From assembly GCA_050575255.1 (NCBI GenBank), contig JBNZDD010013730.1:8338012-8402011 (forward strand): a stretch of DNA of 64,000 bases, given 5' to 3'. A model generated the notes under the pieces. The model saw nothing but the letters and a program-made list of their open reading frames with translations. It had not been told where the DNA came from and made no database searches. A program made the position numbers and the translations under genes. Positions within the stretch are counted from its first letter, which is position 1. Every line of letters starts with the position of its first letter. The DNA is from Harriotta raleighana. Its lineage: Eukaryota. Shown one piece after another: positions 52,853 to 64,000 of this stretch.

Positions 52853-53561
52853 CTGCAATGTCATGAACATATTGAAATGGGAAACCATTTAACATTTGAA
52901 AAAAATGGACAGGTGCTCTTCATATTGATCTCTAACTGATTTATATTACGGAATGTCCAATGGACCAAGCCTTAAATTAACTTTAATTTACTTTATTTTA
53001 TTTTAATTGCTATTAATATTAAAGCTTATTACCAGAGAGCAATAAGTCTACTCAATGATGAACAGATACACAGCAAAATGTTTTTGCTCCATGATGTGAC
53101 AAAGCCGAGCCAAACATCTGTATACTTTCACATTATAATAGAAGCTTTCTCAGACGTAGGTGAGTGTAGCAAAATTCTTTCCTGTAAAAAGGTATTTACA
53201 CAATTCATGGAGAGCTCCTGGGGCAAGTCTAACACCCAACAACAGACATTTGGGAATATCGTGTAAAGTGCACAACTTAATTAGTTGTGGCTTTGTTCCA
53301 ATATTCAGACATCTGATGATTAGATTGTGTTGCTAATTGTACCATTGCACAGTCCTTTGTTTGCATTACCCAGCAACAATTCCTCTTTAACAAGAGATTT
53401 TTCCAGATCAGAGAAGTCCAATTTTTGGGCGACCGAGAGCCGAATGTTAGATCTGAGAAATGTCCACTGGCTGCATAAGCAATATTTTTGTGTTTCCCTT
53501 CCAAAAACATAATATTTGTTACAATATACAAATATATAGTCAATTCACTTTACAGTATATT

Positions 53562-53904
53562 GTGGAGCTCCTGTGGCTCAGTGGTTAGAGCACTCGCCTT
53601 ACATGCCTTACAGGCATGAGACCTGTGTTCGAATCCAGGCAGATCAGGGCGAAACCTTGGGCAAGTTTCCTTACTCCACATGCCTAATAATAATCCCTCC
53701 AAAAAACCCACAATAATAAAATTGGTCATTTCAATCTATGACTGTTTGTGGGTCACTGCTGTGTGCAATTGGCTGCCGCGTTCCGCCCACAAATATATAC
53801 AGTCAATTCACTTTACAGTATATTCTGTGAAGCGCTTTGGGACGTTGATAAGATGTGAAAAGCACTATATCAAATGCAAGGATTATTATTATATTATTAT
53901 TATT
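53562..53904 (+). mobile_element. Full-length tRNA-derived SINE nested in an older copy
   Basis: A box 53574-53584, B box 53627-53636, (TAT)n tail. The flanks continue the same consensus on both sides. Confidence 0.92.
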
Positions 53905-55094
53905 CTGTGAAGTGCTTTGAGAATCTAGAAGGTGTGAAAAGTGCTACATCAAATAGAAGGATTATTATTATTACAATGAAAATTTAAAATGGGCAATGTA
54001 AGAATTCATACAAGTATAATAACATAAAACAATCAGCGATGAGATATCCATCTCTCTCCTCATCTGTGTGTCTTTGAACCTTTCTCTCTCTCTCTCTGTA
54101 TCTCTCCTATGACTGGTTGAAAGTGATTAATAGGTTTTGCTGCTAACCGCCTGTCGAATCCAGCTCAGGGCTTCCAGTTGGACCACCCTGCTCTCAGTTG
54201 CTGATAAGTTTGACTTTCAAAGACTATTGGGTTAACTTTTCATTTTGATCACTATTCTGTATTCTTTCTTCTAGCTAAATCAGGGCTGTAAATACAAAAA
54301 ACAGACCAAGGGTTGTTTGCGACACAGTACAATTGTTCGTTTTTACCAGATCAGCTTGTTTCTGGTCTGACTTTCTCATATTATCTGCCGAGTCTGATAG
54401 CTCAATAATGGAATAGCAACCACCAATTTGTTTCTGCTATTTGATGGTATTTTCAACTCCTAAACCTTAGTTCTTGGTTTAAACAAAATACCATGAAGAA
54501 TGGTTGCACAAAACTCTATAGCTCGAAACATACATTAAAGATTGAGAATTTGGGAAAAGCAGCTTAAGTGTTCCTAACCCAGATCAGTAGAAAATCTTAT
54601 TCATGCCTTCAGAAACCACTTCTGTAATAAAGCAAATTGTTTTTAAACCATAATCTCAACTGACTGGTGAATCATCCCAGACTACTGACTCTTTACTCTT
54701 AGTACATGTAACAGCACGTTATCTTAAGTAACAGGCTTTCCAGGGAATGCTCTAAAGCTTTCTGGTTAACTAATATACTGTACTTTGTGATCAAACGTAG
54801 CTAGCATAATCTGAATCATAGTTTACACTTTCAAGATGATTATATTAAAAAAAAGCATGAAGCCATTCCCAGTATAAAGCCAATACTGTAATACAAACTC
54901 CAATGACAACAACGTTATGTTAATGATCTAGCAAGAAATCCTCATAAAGGTTTCACATATAAACATTAGCAAACAAGACCAGATTTGTATTGGAAAAAAG
55001 ACACATTAATGATGGATAAATAATTCTACCCATTAGTCATACCGCATTTTCTTAATATTTATTAGATCTTTTAATATTAGACTTGAGTTCTTAC

Positions 55095-55231
55095 CTCCCA
55101 CCATGAGTAGTGTGCCTCCGCTCGCACAACTTCAATGATATCTCCCAACTGAATGTTTAATGGGGGTCCAGCATACTGAGGAGGTTGAGGTACCCCATTA
55201 TACCTTCTGGTAACTTGCATCTTTGGTAATC
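55095..55231 (-). CDS. VAV3: VAV3 exon, N-SH3 (GLPKMQVTRRYNGVPQPPQYAGPPLNIQLGDIIEVVRAEAHYSWWE)
   Basis: 137 nt, gtgtttcag| ... |gtaag. Contains the Vav LPKMQV...GPPL motif. Confidence 0.95.
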
Positions 55232-56029
55232 CTGAAACACAAGTCAGGGCATTTGGTTTATGTAGTGAATGAAGGACAAGTGGGACATTCCTTTTACAAC
55301 GAGCTCAAATACTGCATATTGTGATGTTGTTCGTTACATCACATTTCTCCTGTGTGATCCTCAGGGAATACTCTCTGTGTTAATTTACCAGGACTCTCTG
55401 ACTATCACAAAACAGGTCATGTACAACATTGCCACAAGCTTGGACCCACCCAAACTGTATTATAGCTGGGATACATGAAATGCAATCTCAAGCCAAACTC
55501 CAAAGACTATTTCTCAGAAATGGATAAAGGTAAAGCTATGGTTTTCATGTGATTAGCAAAGCAAGCTTGACAGTGATATTTTGCTAGTGCAGCATAATGA
55601 CGTTTCATGCATGAGATCACAGGCTGGATCCTGTGAAGCGCAGACTTTTAAACAAAAACTTACCACATACTGTAATGTTACAACAAAAAAATCTACCAGT
55701 ATAAAAGATGGCAATGATAAAAACCACATCAATTAGCCATTTAATATGTTGTGGTAATTTTATTATGAAGCTACCTATGGTTACTTTTACACTCATCTTT
55801 ATGTACAATTTTCTTCTAGTTTAGGGATCAATTGTTTACTTCAATGCTTACTCATTTGCTGCTTCATGATTTACTGGTACAAGGAATATTTCTGTGGAGT
55901 AAGACATGTCGAGCCAGTTTTACTTGGGTGTTCATTTCTCTTATTATCTTATCAGCAATTGGCACTATCTAGCCACTCGCATTCAGTCAGGCTGTAAAAC
56001 ATTAGGTTAAATGGTAGGAATGCTCAACA

Positions 56030-56300
56030 AGTAATAGCAGGGATCAGAAAGCATTTCTTTATTGCAAAAGTCTGGAATGCACTGCCCCTGAAGGACAGAG
56101 ATGTAGAAATGATTGGGATAGTTAGAAAAGAGATGATAGATACGTGGCGAGCAATAACAACTTGGTGCATCAAAATGAACACCTGAAAGTAAAAGAATTA
56201 AGCAAAGTGGAGAAAACTATTGAGCACTCTATGCACATCTACAATGAGGGTTATTAATGACTTCATTGGACGAGGTGGCCTTCTCACATTCCTAATTTAT
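56030..56300 (+). mobile_element. CR1 LINE 3' fragment (diverged)
   Basis: tctggaatgcactgccc (WNALP) ... ggacgaggtggccttctc tail-like motif. Confidence 0.65.
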
Positions 56301-57502
56301 ATATTCCTTTTGTAAAAAGAAAAAAAAAGTATTTAAACACTGGGTAAACCAGTCATTTAAACTCAATGAATGAAGCGCAAACAATCGTATTATTTGAAAT
56401 GAGATCCAAAAGACCTGTTTCTTTCACAACTGGTGCAGATCACACCTGTTTTCCTGGTGCCTTAGTTAAGTTGACAATGAACACGCGATCCAATTATCAG
56501 GGCAATGTCACAGAATTGTTCTGTACAAAGCTTGTAAAAAATTCTATTGTATTGAAAACAATTCATACATTGTTTAAAAGCACATAGGAGTAAAATACAC
56601 TTGATCTGATCACCATCATGTGATTCGGTCGTGTTACACCCAATATCTCAAATGTGTACTTAACAATAGTGTGCACAAGAGCATTGTTCTTTTCAAAGAC
56701 TGCATGGCTCTGGATCTCATATATCATGTCAGCTACCTAATGAATAAATATTGTTCTTTTGCGTAATCAAAGATGAACTACAAGTCAAGTCAAATCAAGA
56801 TTGCACTGGAGAAGTGCAATCCAGTCTGCCATGTCAAACAACAAAGATTGTTTGCCTTTGCTGTGACCAAAAACTTGAAATTCCTGTTCAGCTTTTTTGT
56901 TGTTGCAGTGAACAAGTTACTTTCTGATGTGTTTGTGAAGCAGTAGTGTAATGTGTGTTCACTAACAGTACTGGCAATAATTATGGGAAGATTGGTGCTT
57001 AACAATTCTAGTACACTAGTATTCCTAAATTATGAAAGTGTATGATATAATACATTGATTTGCAGGGAGTCCGATCGAACACAAACCACTTTGAAGCAGT
57101 CCACGACCCTATTCAATGTGAAGGGTGCTATCCAAATCAAAGTAGTTGTTGTACTTTCAAAGCAGTGTTTGCTTTTATGGACATCCTCCTGATGTGAAAA
57201 GTGCTACATAAATATAAATTTTTATTGTGTTCTGAAGAGGCTAGGAGGACCTCTTACAAATAACCAACAATGAATAATTGTGGTTATCAACATAAGAACA
57301 CACGACTAAACATTTCACCAAATCTTTCAGTTTCCTCAAAGGAACCAAATAAATCCTGCAAATTCCATCATTTTAAGAATAGATAGATATACAGTTTACG
57401 TTTATGACACCCCAACCCATTTAATCGACTATTCAGACACTTTTCATGGGGCAGAGTAGACCTGTTTGTTTCTGATAGACTTTAATACTTGATGGTATAT
57501 AT

Positions 57503-58071
57503 ACAACAACTTGGATTTATGTAGCGCCCTCCATGCCAGAGCTCTTCACATTAACGGTTCCCAGGGCCGAGCCAGGGAGAGGGGGAAAAGGATGATCGAA
57601 AGTGCGGTTGAAAAGAAAGGTCTTTAGCCGTAACCTGAAAATAGGAGAGGAGGGGGCAAAGCAAAGGGAGTGAGGAACGGAGTTCCAGAACCTCGGGGCA
57701 TAGTGGCTAAAGGCACAGCCACCATCGGAGGAATGGAGGGTTCGGAGGACAGGGAGGAGGCCTGACCTGGTAGAGCGAAGGCAGAGTACTGTTTTGAGGA
57801 AAGAAGTGGTCAGAGAGGCATAGGGATGCAGAGGAGTGGAGGGATTTGTAAACAAGAGTGAGGATCTTGAAATCGATCCACTCCGTGATAGGGAGCTAGT
57901 GAAGTCTGGCGAGGACTGGGGTAATCGGAGAGCGAAGTTTGGTTTGGGTCAGAAAGCGAGCGGCGGAATTTTGGATAACCTGGATTTTGTGAATGGTGAC
58001 TCAGGTGAGACGGGCGATGAGGGCATTGGAATAATCCAGCCGAGAGGTGACAAAGGTTTATGATAACTGGG
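57503..58071 (-). mobile_element. LINE L2 3' fragment (degenerate RT C-terminus + (GTT)n tail)
   Basis: ORF remnants GGCAFSHYAPRFWNSVP...FRLRLKTFLF and PRQTSLAPYHGVDRFQDP, typical of the L2 ORF2 end. Confidence 0.9.
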
Positions 58072-60564
58072 AACATGGTACGCTCGCCTCCACCTACTTC
58101 AGAATGTAGTCTGTGAATTTGGCTAATGCTGCTTTTATATTATGGTTCTTTATGCTGCAGACTGTGACGAAGATGAAAGGCAAACATTGACAGTCTCAGC
58201 GCTGCTTTCCATGTGACAGCTGCGTTTCCATTTGCACATTTTGCTGTCAGATCTCAGAAGATGGGAGTTGAGCTGGGTAGGGCCAGAAGCTCACCGTGAG
58301 ATGACGTTCTGAGGATGCACAAAATGAACAAGCACTCCGGGACGCTACCCCACACACAAAGTGCTCTATATAAACGGACGTTGTTGTTTCTGTGTCTTCA
58401 GTAGAATATTTTGCCGATTGTCGCTGCGACAGAGACTAGAAGATATACCTGAATATCAAGTGACTTCATCCAGACTTTTAGACACCATTCTACATAGTGT
58501 TTTCGCATCTGTGGATGCTGAAGCAGCATAAACAAATGACATCATATGTTCCTAGCTGCAGGTGAGGAAGGTAGGAAGTAAACAGGAGGCTTTCACTGAG
58601 TGTCATTGTGCTGGCGCCAACCATGTCTGATTTTGCAGACGGAGGCCAACAGTGTGGAGACACTGGGAGATGGGAGTCAAAGGGTCCTTTTCTGCTGGAA
58701 ATGTCAGCCACATTTCATTACAAGTTGTCAGGAGAGATAGGCTTGCCTCTGCAGGCAGACTTGTAATGTAAAACCAGCATTTGATTCCTGTACATTTTCA
58801 CATAGTGATTCAACATCATTTGTTCTGTTCACTCACCTACTACCACCCTCTGACGTACCTCTGCTCTAATTGTTTGCAATTCAATTCACATAGCGAGCTG
58901 AACTTGGAGTTCATATTTCCAGTGTCAGTTGGTGGTCGATCAGATGCATCGTCTGATGCATCTGAAGTGCAGAATATCACTTTGTTGAAACCTGTTTTGC
59001 AGATGAGTCACCTTTAGTCTGAATAGACCTTAGCAGGCCTCTAATTTACCAATCAAAACACTCTTGGTAGTTGAAAGTGTTTAAGAAACTGCGCAATGCT
59101 CACTTAGTCGAGTTACACCCCATTTAGCACACTTTGCTTTAAACTTTGCACTTTAAACGTTGTACTGCACACCACCTTAGTCCTGCCAATGCTGCAGCAG
59201 CCCTTATACTTATACTCTAGTACACTCCCTCACAAGTAAAGGTTGGAAATTTCGTTAAGAGTACTAAAACAGCCTTAAGCGATTTTGAACTTGAGCTTTA
59301 ATTAATGCCAAACCATCTGCTCCAATTTTCCCATTATTTTGACATTGCCTGAATATTAAAGACGTGCCTTTAATTCAGTTCTTGTGTCGAGCTGAATCGC
59401 AGACCTTACCTTAGAGATGCATTTTTTGTTAAGAAATACCCTAAATAGTATCTGAACAAACTGCATTGCTACTTACACTGTGTTTTTCGTGTTTCATTGA
59501 GATTGAATAACATGATTCACTTCTTAGTGTGGATGGAAATCCACTGCCAACAATACTTGCCAGGAAAGGTCTGGCAGCACTTTGGTTATCCCAGTGGAGC
59601 GTAAATCCAATGGGTGGAAGTCTGGGTCTGCTTCCTTAAATGTTCTTGGTGTTCCAAAACTATTTTCATGTCGTTGGGGAACAAGTTCTTTAATAAACTT
59701 TTGAAGACTCTCGATTTTGAAGTTTTGCACAAATTCCTGTCCATTTTTTTTATTTTTTTGGCAATGAGGAGCAAGATGCCTCAGGTTTCTTGCTCTAACT
59801 CACTGGACTGCTTTATCAAACTATACTCAGACGTTGTCCCGGGCCTGATTCAGAGTGATGTTCTGCGAACCAAACAAGAAGTGCCAATATAGAAATTGTA
59901 GCGATATTGTATCTGGACCAAGAAAAACTACATCATTTTTTCAATTTGTGGCACAAAAGGAGTATGCTGAAATATCCAACGTTTGCAGCATTCATTGACA
60001 GCGAAATTAGAAGCAATCAAAATGCTTATCTCTTTCCTTTAACAAGATAATCGAGTCTACGTGTGCTGGGGTAAACCGGTAAAACAGTAACATAACACTG
60101 ATTTTGTAGGCAATCTATGATGGAAGGCAGCACTGTTGAGAAATCATTGATACAATATTAAGATTCCAAACCTATTTGCATTGAGGTTTTTCAAGTGCCT
60201 ACCTGCTCTTCACCACAATAGATATATTAATGCTCTACATGTGCAATTCTTCCAAATAGCCTATGGGAGTGAGAATTTATTTTATATAATACTGTATTAT
60301 ATAAACATGGGTAAATTCTTAGCAAATTCTGCATCAGTCTTACCCCAGGTTGATATAGATTGCAAAGATTAATAGATTCCAGTTGAATAATACATTGAAT
60401 TTGGATTATAACATCATGAAGCATGGGTTAAGATCCAACACATTTCAAACAAAGGGGTTCGTAAAGCAATATGCAATATTTGTGGTTGGCATCAAATAGA
60501 TATGATTTTGATCAGAGATAACATTAGTTTGTTTATCTCTAAGTCAGAAACAAAATAAACGTAC

Positions 60565-60610
60565 CTGGATCTAAATGCCTGTTATGCCTCTTGTGTCCAT
60601 TAATCCTATG
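60565..60610 (-). CDS. VAV3: VAV3 exon (HRINGHKRHNRHLDP)
   Basis: 46 nt, cttactacag| ... |gtacg. Same size and phase as the human KRTNGLRRTPKQVDP exon. Confidence 0.88.
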
Positions 60611-61516
60611 CTGTAGTAAGAAAAAAAGGCATATACAGTATTCTTAATCGTGTATTTTACAAAAATTCCTATGAATATCACTAAATTCTTCACATTATCA
60701 ATCAATCAAAATTACATTCACATAGCGCCTTTCACATTAAAAACATTTACATGATATGCTGACAAATGGCCTTTAGCATACTTGTTTCAGTTATACTGTA
60801 TGCAGAATAAGATAAATTTATTTTATACAGAATTCCACATTACTCTTAAAATACAAATTGAGTTTCCAGTCCAGCCTCCTAACAAAGCTACAGTACTTTC
60901 ATAAAATCTCAATACTTTAAAAGAGAGAATTGAGTAAAACTAGTTCTGCTGGATCTTTAAATGCTTCATTTGGTGGTAGCATTAAAGGATGTAATTGAAG
61001 TTACAAAACAAGTTAGTCAGTCAATCACAGTATCGCCTCTTCAAAAGGAAAATAAGCACAATGTTGAAGATGTTTAAAGTAAAACTCGAAGCATAATTAT
61101 TTCACTGCACAAAAGTCTTGTTTTCCAAAGACTCGGGTCCTTTGTCTTTTAAATCCTAAAATATTTCCTCCAATTTAATTATGTTCCATACTTCTATGAA
61201 TGCATGCGTAATCTCAAAGCACAACAAGAGAATCAATCAATCAAAATTACATTTATAAAGCGCCTTTCACGTTGGGGGGACGTCCCAAGGCGCTGTACAA
61301 TCAAGTTTGGATCAGAGCAGGGTTGGGAGGGGTCGGGGAATGAAAGTAGGGAAAATTGACTGTATATTTGTGGGCGAATGCATGCATCGTAGCAACAATT
61401 CAGCATTACTGCGGAGCAGAGAATCATCTTACAGCAGAATGCTAGCACACACAACACAATAGCTGGCACGGAAAGTAGCAAAAGCCAGAACAGAAGAAAC
61501 AAGCACTACTACTTAC

Positions 61517-61539
61517 CCCATGTTTATGTGTTGCAGAAT
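61517..61539 (-). CDS. VAV3: VAV3 23-nt micro-exon (DSATHKHG)
   Basis: tttgttttag| ... |gtaagt. Phase 1 to 0, exactly bridging the flanking exons. Positionally equivalent to the short human exon encoding EQGTLKLPE. Confidence 0.8.
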
Positions 61540-61564
61540 CTAAAACAAATTTGAACATTGGCAT
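61517..61564 (-). CDS. VAV3: Putative first coding exon of a VAV3.1-like short isoform (MPMFKFVLDSATHKHG)
   Basis: ATG at 61564 is in frame with the micro-exon, with an in-frame TGA 24 nt upstream. MPMFKFVL resembles the recalled human VAV3.1 start MPIFTFLS. Confidence 0.7.
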
Positions 61565-62074
61565 TAGGGAAGATCTAAACTTTTCTCAGCAAGAGCAGAC
61601 TATTTCCTGCATTGTGCTTCCAGTTACCTACAGAACTGCTGTGCTGTTTCTACCTGCAGAGTGTACTGTTTTGCTTTCTGAGGGCAGGGCTAAGACTGGG
61701 TAGTGGAATCACATGCTCATGGCTAGGTGCTTCTTTTCAGTGCAGATATTCATTCACAGTCTTTACTTGCTTCTCTCATTTATGCAATACCTTTTCTGCT
61801 TTTGCAAGAAAGCAAGATAGAATAATCCTGCAACTCTTTGGGGAATACCATTAAAAGTGAATACTGAATGTAAAGAAATGGAGCCAAAAGATTCAATAAA
61901 ACTTTACTCTGAATGTGCTGAGCCTATAAGAACACCTGGCCACTGTTTTGCTTTGTAATGTATAATTTTATGCCTGGAAAATCCCATCACATCTAATACA
62001 CCATTCTCAAACTATTTCTCTTTACAGCCTTTCGCCATTTTCCAAAAAAAATTTCACTAAATCCTCCAGGAACA

Positions 62075-62800
62075 CATAACAACAACAACATTACATTTGT
62101 ATAGTGCCTTTCAAATCAGGAAGACATCTCAAGGTGCTGAAGGTACAGTGTTTCAGACCTGAGCTGGGGTTGGGATCAGGGAGGGTGGAGGGAAGGGAGA
62201 AGAAGGGGGGTGACCGATGGCGCAGTTGAAGAGGAAGATTTTAAGGTGGGACTTGAAGGAAGCTAGGGAGGGGGCGAGGTGGAGGGATGGCGGGATGGAA
62301 TTCCAAAGGTTGAGGGCAGAATGGTTGAAGGTTCGCCTGCCTATGGTGGGATAGGTGGGTTGGGAGAGGCCGGAACCCACTGAGCAGAGGAAGTGGACAG
62401 TTGCTAGGGGCTTAAGAGGTCACAGGTAGGGTGGGGCAAGGCCATGGAGGTCTTTGAAGGTGAGGACCAGCGTCTTGAATTGAATCCTCTGAGTGATGGG
62501 AAGACAATGGAGTCAGGCAAGGATGGGGGGATGGGGTCACGAAGCTTGGAGCGGTAGAGGACACAAGCTGCAGAGTTCTGAATTAACTGCAGCCTATGGA
62601 TGGAGGAATTAAGGAGCCCAGCAAACAGGGTGCTGGTATAGTCGAGCCTGGACATAATGAAGGCATCAATGAGAGTTTCAGCGGCCTGTGGGGTGAGGTA
62701 GTGGCAGAGTAAGGCAATGTTGCAGAGGTGTGGGAAAGCGGAGTGGGTCATGGCATGGATGTGGGGTAAGAAAATACAGTTGAGCATCGAACAAGAACCA
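62075..62800 (-). mobile_element. LINE L2 3' fragment
   Basis: HLCNIALL...AAETLIDAFIMSRLDYTSTLFAGL...LQLIQNSAA and LWNSIPPSL...SFKSHLKIFLF, with a (GTT)n tail. Confidence 0.93.
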
Positions 62801-63053
62801 AGTACGGTTGCTGACCAGATTTTTCTAATTATTATAAAAATAAGTCACAAAATCAAGTAATTGAGACATTATTACAACAGAAACTAAGGGAGAAAACCTG
62901 ATAATTGACATTAATATTCATCACTAAAATATGACTTAATTGTCTAGCCAGCACATGAGTATTTGGAGCCTTGAATGTGGCATAATTCCCATCTGGTGCA
63001 GATCACTGTGAAGTATTTTGTACAACTAGGTCTGAGACATGCAACAACAATTA

Positions 63054-63447
63054 CAGGTTAAAACCCTGTTTATCCGGCACCCACGGGACCTGGCCAGTGG
63101 CGGTTAAACAGTTTTCCTTTTTTTTTAAAATTAAAAATTATTTTAACACATAACATATTAATAATAGACTAAATAATAACAGAATATTGTATTAGTACAT
63201 TATTATTTATACTTAACTTCACAATGGCAGTCGTCACTCACTTGAGGTAAAAATAAACACAACTTTTTAAAGGAGCAGGAGCGAGTTTAGACTTGACTAG
63301 CAGCCAGCCAAAATACCTGCACCAGTACTCGAGTGCGACAATCGATTCATTAAATGCGTCATCACTATTGTGCTGGATTTTTTTTTTGAGGTTCCGGTTC
63401 AACTGGGATTCTGATTCATCGAGTCATGGATAAACAGGGTTTTACTG
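63054..63447. mobile_element. Related MITE (394 bp) in a VAV3 intron
   Basis: TA-CAGGTTAAAACCCTGTTTATCC ... GGATAAACAGGGTTTTACTG-TA. Left ~140 bp is shared with the other two copies. Confidence 0.85.
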
Positions 63448-63459
63448 TATATAGATTAC

Positions 63460-63557
63460 CTGCAGTTGACTTCCCACAGCTCCCAAGTCTGCCCAAGCAT
63501 TCCTTGTGTGTTCCAGCACCACATTTGGAACACAAATAACCTTGAAAAAACACTCCC
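63460..63557 (-). CDS. VAV3: VAV3 exon, C1/zinc-finger second half ([32 protein letters not shown])
   Basis: 98 nt, ttcttcttag| ... |gtaat. Matches the Vav C1 motif QGY.C..C...HKECL. Confidence 0.93.
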
Positions 63558-63837
63558 CTAAGAAGAAAATGGAATTCCATGATTAAAGCATCCAAAACAA
63601 TGCTTTGTATTTTAACTTTATGGATTATACAATGTAGAATATTGCAACTCAATGCATTCCCTGTTGTGCAGGAAGTGTTCCAAACAATAATTACTAATTA
63701 TTTCTATAATACATTGATTCAGACTATATTATCTTGATCTCATAGTCTCTCAGTTGGCAATTCAATGCAGTGCTTGGAAAGCAACAACAAAATTATATTT
63801 GTATTGTGCATTTCACATTGGAAGGACGTCCCTAGAT

Positions 63838-64000
63838 TATCAGATGAAACATTAAACTGTGGTGTGCCTATTCAGGTAGGCATTAAAGATCCCATAGCGC
63901 TGTTTGAAAACAGATAGGAGTTCCTCATGGCCAATAATAACCTAGATTAAATTAGTCATTCACTTCCTGTTTTTTTATGTGCGAGGCATTCTTGTGCGTA
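63838..64000 (+). mobile_element. Deu-domain SINE relic (runs off the window)
   Basis: cagatgaaacattaaactg...aaagatcccatagcgctgtttgaa...ggccaata. Confidence 0.7.

Noticed and set aside
1-64000. CRISPR array or other prokaryotic-type system
   Set aside because: There is no regularly spaced repeat-spacer array or operon-like ORF. The dispersed repeats are explained by SINEs, LINEs and MITEs.

Overview
AT-rich, repeat-rich vertebrate genomic DNA, most likely from a cartilaginous fish. The SINE, L2 and CR1 repertoire resembles elephant shark/chimaera, which is an inference. The window spans a tail-to-tail gene pair also neighbouring in human. On the + strand is the last coding exon and 3'UTR of netrin-G1 (NTNG1; EGF-like domain plus GPI signal, 7338-7567). 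On the - strand are the last 11 core coding exons of VAV3 (C1 end, SH3-SH2-SH3; 63557 down to stop at 38112) plus an 84-nt in-frame cassette exon. All exons have GT-AG sites and compatible phases. The most notable observation is an in-frame ATG-initiated 5' extension of the 23-nt VAV3 micro-exon (MPMFKFVL|D), resembling the N-terminus of the mammalian short isoform VAV3.1, with the ATG overlapping the predicted branch point. Also seen: a CaaX-like C-terminal extension of VAV3 (CLTN*), an apparently deeply conserved NTNG1 3'UTR end, a CpG-rich solo-LTR-like insertion just downstream of NTNG1, three TA-flanked pogo/Tigger-like MITEs, tRNA-derived SINEs (one nested in another), Deu-domain, AmnSINE2-like and LF-SINE-like relics, L2/CR1/L1 fragments and three single-N assembly joins. 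I found no prokaryotic-type system and no convincing wholly new gene. Family names and cross-species comparisons come from recollection, not from searches.
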